13,688 nucleotides of DNA from a bacterium. Its GTDB lineage: Bacteria > Sysuimicrobiota > Sysuimicrobiia > Sysuimicrobiales > Humicultoraceae. The stretch lies in contig JBGQGY010000101.1 of assembly GCA_041497675.1 (NCBI GenBank), positions 1-13,688 on the forward strand, read 5' to 3'. Under the pieces are notes generated by a model, which saw only the letters and a program-made list of their open reading frames with translations, had not been told where the DNA came from and ran no database searches. The number at the start of each line of letters is the position of its first letter. The stretch's first letter is position 1. Of this stretch, positions 7,798 through 13,688 are shown piece after piece. A program made the translations under genes and the position numbers.

Positions 7798-9873
7798 TCA
7801 TAGCTCGATCGGATCGACGTCGACGGCGATCTGTGCCCCCCGCGGCAGCCCCTTCCCGATCAAGAGGGGAAACACCAGCCGGTGGGCGGCGGCGCGGTCC
7901 ACCGTCTTGATGACGATCTCCAATCTGGTGGGCACGGCAGGCACCGGCACCGGCCCCAGCACTTCGGTGCCCTGAGGCGCGACGCGCGCCAGATCCTCGG
8001 CGATGGTGTGCGCCGCACCGGCCGTCCGCGATCTCACCGTCAGCACTAACAGCGACCGGGCGGGCGGATAGCCCAACGCCTCGCGTAGCGCAAGTTCCTC
8101 GGCGTAAAAGGGTCGCAGCGACGCGGATTGCGCCGCCGTCACCGCGGGGTGCGAGGGATCGGCGGTCTCGACGAGAACCGGAGTCCTGACCGCCGATCCG
8201 ACGGCGCGCATCAGCGCCAGCGCACGTTCTGAGGCGCGATATTCTGGCCGGTGCAGCCATCGGTCGGCCGCCGCGATCGCCACCAGGTCGGGCTGCAGGG
8301 ACTCTATCCAGGGCACCACGAGCGGCGTGGCGACCAACACGCCGCCCCGGAGGCGAAACGGTTCAAGCAGCCCGGCGAGCTCATGACGCTGCGGCACCGT
8401 GTCGCGGTCGAGTCGCCACACGTTCGCGGTCAGGCGGCGCATGGCGGCCGCGACCCTCTCGGTCCCGGCGCCCACCGGCACGAACCGCGTCCCGCCGCAT
8501 CGGGCGCAGGCGTCCGGGGCAGGACCGGTCCGCCCGCAGAGCCGGCACCGAAGGCGCCGGTGCTCGCGGTCGTAGCGCATCGGCACGGCGCACACCGGAC
8601 ACTGGACGGCGGCTCCGCACTCGTGGCACTGGAGGGCCGCATACCCCTTGCGGTCGATGAGGATGATGGCTCGGCCGCGCCGACGGATCGTGCCGCGCAC
8701 CGCTTCCAGGACGGGCCGGCTGACCGGCTGGTCCGGATCCGACCGCCGGCGCATGTCGACAACGCCGATGCGAGGCCGCGGCGACGGCAGCGCGACCAGA
8801 CGCATCTGTCCCGCCTGCACGTCGCCGTACGACGCGACCGTCGGCGTGGTCCCGCCGAGCACCAGCACGCCGGCGGCGGCGGTGCGGGCGGCGGCGACCC
8901 CGCGCGTCAGGTAGCGCGGGGCGCGCTCCTCCTTGTGCCCGCTGTTATCCTCGTCATCGACGATCATGACCAGGGGGCCGGACACCGGCGCAAAGACCGC
9001 GCTTCGCGTCCCAACAACCACGGCGCCGCGCGCGCCGATCGCGGAGCGCCACACGGCCAGCCGGTGCATGGGATCAAGCTCGCCGTGGAGGACCGTCGGT
9101 TCCACGCCTGCACACCGTGCGGCGTCGGCGAAGATCAACGCGGTCTCGAGCGATGGAAAGACGGCGACGGCGGACCAGCCGGCGGCGCGCGCCCGGCGTA
9201 GTACCGCGAGATAGGCCGGTGCCCGGCGCCACCCGGCGACCAACACCCTCCGCATCCCACCAGCCATCGCCTCAGCCATAGCCGCGTCGACGAAACGCGC
9301 GCCCGGCAGGGTGCCGGCCGGCGACGGCGCGCCCTGGACAGACCCGGGCGGGGACGGCGCGCCCGGTGTGTGCCCCGGCTGTTTCTCCGGCAACCACGTG
9401 ACCGTCAACGCCCCGGCGCGGGCGATGGAGTCGAGCGCGCTCCACGACGGTCGCAACAGGTGGGATGCGCGCGTCAATGACACCGGGCGCCGGGCCATCG
9501 CATCCAGCGCCGCTGGGGCTCCCGGCACCGGCGTCACGGTCGACGTGAGACGGAGCCGCGCCCAGACGGCGTCCCAGGGCACGGCAACCGCGAGGGCCTC
9601 GCCGATCGACGACAGGTACTCGCCGGCCACCCACTCGGCAAGATCCAAAGCGGCCGGCGGTATCAGCGACGAACCCGCCGCGGCAAGCACCGGTCTGAGG
9701 TCCGGCCGCCACTCATCATCGCCAAGCACGATGCCGGGCATCAGACGGCGTCCCACCGGGACGACGACCGCGTCGCCGCGTCGGGCCTCGGGCGCGGCGC
9801 CCGCGCTGAACGTCAACGCCGCATCGCCGACGCGAAGCGGGACGTCGAGCGCCACGCGGATCGAACGATTCAA
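7798..9873 (-). CDS. priA: Primosomal protein N' (PriA) with degenerate helicase motifs
   Basis: N-terminal VVVPVGRR, VVGTRSAVFAPV, four CxxC pairs (CHEC, CPVC, CRLC, CARC), GTERV, YPP, C-terminal VDVDP; directly upstream of def. Start uncertain: TTG 9873 just after the kinase stop is preferred; TTG 9924 and GTG 9855 are possible. Confidence 0.92.
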   Translation of the reverse strand: MNRSIRVALDVPLRVGDAALTFSAGAAPEARRGDAVVVPVGRRLMPGIVLGDDEWRPDLRPVLAAAGSSLIPPAALDLAEWVAGEYLSSIGEALAVAVPWDAVWARLRLTSTVTPVPGAPAALDAMARRPVSLTRASHLLRPSWSALDSIARAGALTVTWLPEKQPGHTPGAPSPPGSVQGAPSPAGTLPGARFVDAAMAEAMAGGMRRVLVAGWRRAPAYLAVLRRARAAGWSAVAVFPSLETALIFADAARCAGVEPTVLHGELDPMHRLAVWRSAIGARGAVVVGTRSAVFAPVSGPLVMIVDDEDNSGHKEERAPRYLTRGVAAARTAAAGVLVLGGTTPTVASYGDVQAGQMRLVALPSPRPRIGVVDMRRRSDPDQPVSRPVLEAVRGTIRRRGRAIILIDRKGYAALQCHECGAAVQCPVCAVPMRYDREHRRLRCRLCGRTGPAPDACARCGGTRFVPVGAGTERVAAAMRRLTANVWRLDRDTVPQRHELAGLLEPFRLRGGVLVATPLVVPWIESLQPDLVAIAAADRWLHRPEYRASERALALMRAVGSAVRTPVLVETADPSHPAVTAAQSASLRPFYAEELALREALGYPPARSLLVLTVRSRTAGAAHTIAEDLARVAPQGTEVLGPVPVPAVPTRLEIVIKTVDRAAAHRLVFPLLIGKGLPRGAQIAVDVDPIEL

Positions 9874-9877
9874 GAGG

Positions 9878-10414
9878 TCAGTGGGCGCTGGTGGTGGCGC
9901 GTAGGGCGTGCGCGAGACGCTCAAGGACGTCCACGATCACATCGACGTCCCATCGGCTGGTGTCGATCACCAGGTGAAAGGGCGCGCGGTCCGCCATGTC
10001 GATACCGTACAGGTTCTTGTACCGCGACCACTCGCTGTGCTCGCGGACGAGCAGGTCCCCGCGCGCCATCTCGACCGGCTGGCCCTCGCGCGCGGCCACG
10101 CGGGCGGCGCGTATCTCAAGCGGCGCCTCCAGCCAGACCTTCAGGTCGGCCTCGACCATCCAGCCAGAGAGCCGGGACTCCACCACACACGGTCCGCCGC
10201 GCGCCAGCTCGCCCTGCAGTCGATCAAGATCCCTGTCGATTTGCGAATCGTTCTCGGCCAACCGGTTGAGCTCGACGACGGACACACCGCGGCGGCGCGC
10301 CACTTCTCTGAACACGCCGCCGGCCGAGACCACAGGCAGGTGCAGCCTGGCGGCCAGCGCTCGCGCGACGGTGCTCTTCCCGACGCCGATCGGACCGCCG
10401 ATGGCGACTACCAA
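9878..10414 (-). CDS. cmk: Archaeal-type cytidylate kinase (COG1102-like NMP kinase)
   Basis: P-loop GPIGVGKST, VSAGGVFRE, IDRDLD, VVESRLSGW, DLKVWLEAPLEIRAARVAARE, RYKNLYGID, LVIDT match the short archaeal Cmk pattern rather than bacterial Cmk or Gmk; TTG start with GAGGAG upstream. Confidence 0.88.
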   Translation of the reverse strand: MVVAIGGPIGVGKSTVARALAARLHLPVVSAGGVFREVARRRGVSVVELNRLAENDSQIDRDLDRLQGELARGGPCVVESRLSGWMVEADLKVWLEAPLEIRAARVAAREGQPVEMARGDLLVREHSEWSRYKNLYGIDMADRAPFHLVIDTSRWDVDVIVDVLERLAHALRATTSAH

Positions 10415-10427
10415 CGCCGGCGGCTCC

Positions 10428-10685
10428 TCACTCGACCTCGTCCTCCTCGCCCTTCGAGCGATGGGCGACGGTTTCCGGCTGCACCGCGGACAGCACGACG
10501 TGCCCGCTGTCGGTGATCACCACGGCGCGCGTGCGGCGCCCGTAGGTCGCGTCGATCAGCGTCCCGCGCTCGCGGGCCTCCTGAATGATCCGTTTCACGG
10601 GAGCTGAATCCGGGCTGATGATCGCCACGATGCGGTTGGCGGCCAGGATATTGCCGAAGCCAATGTTGATCAGACGCGTGTCCAT
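10428..10685 (-). CDS. remA: RemA/YlzA (DUF370) regulatory protein
   Basis: [57 protein letters not shown] closely resembles B. subtilis RemA; canonical position after yloC. Confidence 0.95.
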   Translation of the reverse strand: MDTRLINIGFGNILAANRIVAIISPDSAPVKRIIQEARERGTLIDATYGRRTRAVVITDSGHVVLSAVQPETVAHRSKGEEDEVE

Positions 10686-10703
10686 GCCCGTCCTCGCGTG
10701 CGG

Positions 10704-11582
10704 CTACTCGACGTTCTGAATCTGCTCTCGGAGGCTCTCGAGCTCACCCTTCATCGCGATGACCGCGCGGGTGATCTCCAGGTCATTCGCCTTCGATCCG
10801 ATGGTGTTGGTCTCGCGACCCATCTCCTGCAGGATGAATTCCAGCTTCCGACCCACCGGTGCGTCCTCTTGGAGCGTCTGGCGGAACTGTGTCAGATGGC
10901 TTGCCAGCCGCGTCAGCTCCTCGGTGATGTCGCTGCGCTCGGCAAACAGCGCCAGCTCGCCAGCGAGGCGCGCCTCATCGATGGGTACCTGCCCGAGGAC
11001 CTCCGCGAGCCGGGCACGCAGGCGCTCGCCGTACCCGTGGACGACCTGGCGGCTGCGTCCCGCGATCGCCGCGTGGTGCGAGTTCATCGTCGCCAGCCTG
11101 GCGACCAAATCCTCAGCGAGTCGCCGACCCTCGCCTTGTCGCATGGCGACCAGGGCCTCGGTCGCGCCGGTCACCGCCGGCTGCAAGACGCCCCACAGGC
11201 TCTCGACGTCGACGCGGTCGTCTTCGACACGCAGGACGTCGGGGAGTCCCGCGACCTGTGTGAGGGTCAGTTCGCCAGTCACGCCGACCGCCGCGGCGAC
11301 GTCACGCAGGGCGCGCGCGTAGGCCGCCGCCAAGTCCGCGTCCGCGCGCACGGCACGAGGCCGGCGCGCGCCATCGTCCCGGCTGACCACGACTTCGATG
11401 CGGCCCCGGTGGACGGCGGTTTGGACCAGCGATCGAATGCGATCTTCCAGCGCGGTGAGGTCCCGGGGGAGGCGAACCAGAATCTCGCTGAACCGGTGGT
11501 TGACCGATCGTGCCTCCACCGCCAGCCGCCCACCCGGGGTCTGCGCAGTGGCGGTGCCAAACCCGGTCATGCTGCGGATCAC
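10704..11582 (-). CDS. yicC: YicC/YloC family endoribonuclease, 292 aa
   Basis: N-terminal (M)IRSMTGFG from GTG 11582, RSVNHRF, RGRIE, DITEELTRL, GRKLEFILQEMGRETNTIGSK, REQIQNVE. The track's extension to 13163 is antisense to rqcH. Confidence 0.95.
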   Translation of the reverse strand: MIRSMTGFGTATAQTPGGRLAVEARSVNHRFSEILVRLPRDLTALEDRIRSLVQTAVHRGRIEVVVSRDDGARRPRAVRADADLAAAYARALRDVAAAVGVTGELTLTQVAGLPDVLRVEDDRVDVESLWGVLQPAVTGATEALVAMRQGEGRRLAEDLVARLATMNSHHAAIAGRSRQVVHGYGERLRARLAEVLGQVPIDEARLAGELALFAERSDITEELTRLASHLTQFRQTLQEDAPVGRKLEFILQEMGRETNTIGSKANDLEITRAVIAMKGELESLREQIQNVE

Positions 11583-11622
11583 GGGGCGACACTTCGGCTC
11601 TCTCGAAGAGCGTTCCTGCCCG

Positions 11623-11651
11623 TTGCAGCGTTGCGAACGTTGTCGTATCGT
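11623..11651 (+). promoter_or_regulatory. Candidate sigma70 promoter for rqcH
   Basis: TTGCAG (11623-11628), 17 nt, TATCGT (11646-11651), 9 nt, ATG 11661; no SD. Confidence 0.55.
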
Positions 11652-11660
11652 GACACCGGC

Positions 11661-13367
11661 ATGCAGCGGTCCAATCGCGCACCGGCCTATCCGCCGCCCT
11701 CTTTCGACAGCGTGGTGCTGGCCGCCGTGATCGCCGAGTGTGCCACCCTGATCGGCGGCCGCGTGCAGCGCGTGGTGCAGACCGGGGCCGCGGATCTGGC
11801 CATCGTGTTGCGCGCCGCCGGTCGTCAGCGCGTGCTGGTCGTCTCGGCGCACACGCAGTGGGCGCGCTGTCATCTTGCCGGCGAAGTGTCCCCGACAACG
11901 GCCACGCCGTTTGCGAACATGGTGCGCGGGCGGCTGGAGCGCGGCGTGCTGCGCGCGATCAGCGCGCCGGTCTTCGAGCGGATCGTGACGCTGGAGTTTG
12001 ACACCCTCGAGGGCTCCGCTCAGCTGATCGCCGAACTCGCCGGCCGGCACGCCAACATCATGATGTGCGAGGACGGTGTCATCGTCGGCGCGCACCGGCA
12101 GGTCCCCAGCCGCGGGATCCTGCCGGGCCGGCCGTACACGCTGCCGGCGCAGACGCGGCCCACGCCTGCTACCATCACGGCGGATCAGCTCGCAGCCGCC
12201 GACGCAGGGCAGACCTGGCGCGCGATCCTCATCGCGGTCGCGGGTATCGGTCCACCGCTCGCCCACGAGGTGTGCGTCCGCGCCGGCTACGATCCGCAGG
12301 CACCGCCTGCCGCCGGCGGAGCAGACGCGCTGGTCGCCGGGCTCCGCGAGATCGCGGTGGCGGTCGCGGAGCGGCGCTTCGCACCCGCGCTGTATTACAG
12401 CGCGGGCGGCGACCCCGTCGCCTACGCCCCGTTCCCGCTCGAGATCTATCGAGGCCTGCGCGAAGCCCCGACGTCGATGAGCGCGGCCGTCGAGGCCGTC
12501 ACGGCCCGCGCAGCGGGTCGCGCCGGCCTCGACCACCTGCGCCAGGGGCTCGCATCGACGGTCACGCAGGCGATCGGGCGGACGCGGCGCGCGCTGGCCG
12601 CCGTCGCGCAGGATCTCACGGCGGCCGGCGAGGCCGACCGGTATCGCCAGCACGGGGAACTGCTGCTCGCCTATCTCACGCAGGTGACGCCCGGCGCCGA
12701 CAGCGTGGAGGTGCCCGGCTTTGGGGGAGAACCGGTGCGCATCGCCCTCGACCCGGTGCGCACCGGTGTGGAAAACGCCCAGGCCTATTTCCGCCGGTAC
12801 GCGCGCGCACAGGCCGCCCTCAAGCGGCTCCCTACTCGCCGGGCCGACCTGGAGGCTGAGGTGGCCTACCTCGACGGTGCCGCCACGGCGATCAACCAGG
12901 CCGAGACCGAGGACGATCTGGCCGAGATCGAACAGGATCTGATCGCGGCACGGCTGCGCCGGCCGCGCCGCGCAACGACCCGGCCGCCGGCGGTGGCGGC
13001 GCACCGTGTGTTCCGCGCGGCCGACGGTAGTCAGATCATCGTCGGTCGCAGCGCACGGGAGAACGACTACGTGACATTCGAAGTGGCCAGGGCCGACGAC
13101 CTGTGGCTGCACGCGCGCGGCGTGCCGGGTGCCCACGTCATCCTCAAGACGGCGGGACCACAAGCCTCCAACGACGTCATCGAGGCGGCCGCGCGCGTAG
13201 CCGCTTATTATAGTGCGGCCCGCGCCTCAGGGAAGGTGCCGGTCGATGTGACGCGACGGCGTTTCGTGCGAAGAATCCGCGGGGGCCGACCCGGGCAGGT
13301 CCACTACACCAACGAACGCACGCGCGTGGTCGTCCCCGAACTGCCGGCGGGACTCGCTACTCCGTGA
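11661..13367 (+). CDS. rqcH: Ribosome quality control protein RqcH (NFACT/FbpA/PavA/YloA family), 568 aa
   Basis: FDSVVL near the N-terminus, FERIV, IAELAGRHANI, HhH-like GIGP, coiled coils with ENAQAYFRRY, NFACT-R VGRSAREND..DLWLHARGVPGAHV, AAYYS; divergent from yloC. The track's upstream extension to 10698 is antisense to yicC. Confidence 0.95.
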   Translation: MQRSNRAPAYPPPSFDSVVLAAVIAECATLIGGRVQRVVQTGAADLAIVLRAAGRQRVLVVSAHTQWARCHLAGEVSPTTATPFANMVRGRLERGVLRAISAPVFERIVTLEFDTLEGSAQLIAELAGRHANIMMCEDGVIVGAHRQVPSRGILPGRPYTLPAQTRPTPATITADQLAAADAGQTWRAILIAVAGIGPPLAHEVCVRAGYDPQAPPAAGGADALVAGLREIAVAVAERRFAPALYYSAGGDPVAYAPFPLEIYRGLREAPTSMSAAVEAVTARAAGRAGLDHLRQGLASTVTQAIGRTRRALAAVAQDLTAAGEADRYRQHGELLLAYLTQVTPGADSVEVPGFGGEPVRIALDPVRTGVENAQAYFRRYARAQAALKRLPTRRADLEAEVAYLDGAATAINQAETEDDLAEIEQDLIAARLRRPRRATTRPPAVAAHRVFRAADGSQIIVGRSARENDYVTFEVARADDLWLHARGVPGAHVILKTAGPQASNDVIEAAARVAAYYSAARASGKVPVDVTRRRFVRRIRGGRPGQVHYTNERTRVVVPELPAGLATP

Positions 13368-13497
13368 TTGGCCGGCGGTCGTCGTCGGTCGCGGGCCGCT
13401 TCTCGTCGCTCTGCTCGGCGGGCAGCGGACGGGACGGACGTTCGGGCGTCCACTTCCCAATCCACAGTCGCATCGGATCGTCGCGGCGGTTGGACAT
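13357..13497 (-). CDS. Unannotated small protein, 46 aa (MSNRRDDPMRLWIGKWTPERPSRPLPAEQSDEKRPATDDDRRPITE)
   Basis: AGGAGGAGG (13514-13506) 8 nt before ATG 13497; TAG at 13359-13357; downstream of a strong promoter; no family recognised. Confidence 0.6.
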   Translation of the reverse strand: MSNRRDDPMRLWIGKWTPERPSRPLPAEQSDEKRPATDDDRRPITE

Positions 13498-13515
13498 CTC
13501 TCTCGCCTCCTCCTG

Positions 13516-13560
13516 AAAAACACGACGACGCCCACACCACCATAAGGTGGGGGCGTCGTG
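13516..13560 (-). terminator. Intrinsic terminator / attenuator hairpin upstream of the small ORF
   Basis: ACGACGCCC-CCACC-(UUAU)-GGUGG-[UGU bulge]-GGGCGUCGU, 14 bp in total, followed by CGUG-UUUUU (13520-13516). Confidence 0.7.
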
Positions 13561-13576
13561 GCCCTGTCGCCTTACC

Positions 13577-13596
13577 TGAACTTTGCGTGAACTTTG
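13577..13596 (-). repeat. Perfect 9-nt direct repeat CAAAGTTCA x2 with an 11-nt period
   Basis: Plus-strand tgaactttg at 13577-13585 and 13588-13596. Confidence 0.8.
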
Positions 13597-13604
13597 TTAC
13601 TGTG

Positions 13605-13632
13605 AGTGTATCGACTGAGCGCGACTTGTCAA
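13605..13632 (-). promoter_or_regulatory. Strong sigma70/SigA-type promoter
   Basis: Exact TTGACA (13632-13627), 16 nt, TACACT (13610-13605); predicted TSS near 13598; AT-rich relative to the window. Confidence 0.75.
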
Positions 13633-13638
13633 GATATC

Positions 13639-13688
13639 CTAGCCCTCCGGGCCCGGTTCCTCAATCACCACTTCATCGCGGCCGTCGA
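13639..13688 (-). CDS. Possible 3' end of an upstream gene (...DGRDEVVIEEPGPEG*)
   Basis: Open frame from the window edge to TAG 13641-13639, ending just before the -35 box; too short to identify, and another frame ending at TGA 13665 is also possible. Confidence 0.3.
   Translation of the reverse strand, partial: DGRDEVVIEEPGPEG

Noticed and set aside
154..10607. Many + strand and alternative-frame ORFs of 60-320 aa
   Set aside because: Mostly Arg/Ala/Pro-rich shadows of well-supported minus-strand genes, with no recognisable motifs.
10698..13163. Track ORFs of 889 aa (+) and 819 aa (-) that overlap each other, suggesting fused or bidirectionally coding genes
   Set aside because: Homology begins at 11661 (rqcH) and 11582 (yicC). 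The two genes are in codon-on-codon antisense register, the frame that commonly stays open in GC-rich DNA.
13227..13543. Track ORFs 13227-13535 and 13304-13543 (minus)
   Set aside because: They start inside the terminator hairpin without an SD and run well into rqcH; the 13497 start has far better signals.
13521..13565. ACGA-containing hairpin resembling a guanidine-II (mini-ykkC) riboswitch
   Set aside because: Only one possible ACGA loop, flanked by a C-C mismatch, with no second hairpin and no transporter gene downstream.

Overview
GC-rich (roughly 70% by eye) bacterial housekeeping locus with Bacillus/Clostridium-like synteny. A long minus-strand cluster reads yicC/yloC - remA (DUF370) - archaeal-type cytidylate kinase - priA - def - fmt - YugP-like Zn metallopeptidase - rsmB - rlmN - PASTA Ser/Thr kinase (prkC/pknB) - rpe - histone-deacetylase-family gene (partial, absent from the ORF track). 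rqcH (NFACT) is transcribed divergently on the + strand. Relative to the canonical cluster, gmk-rpoZ-coaBC is replaced by an archaeal-type CMP kinase, prpC and rsgA are absent at tightly overlapping junctions, and PriA has lost its ATPase motifs. The most unexplained structure is at the right end (minus strand): a near-consensus sigma70 promoter, a ~100-nt leader with a 9-nt direct repeat and an intrinsic terminator that has an alternative fold, then a strong SD and an unannotated 46-aa ORF converging on rqcH. No mobile element, CRISPR array, tRNA or rRNA was seen.
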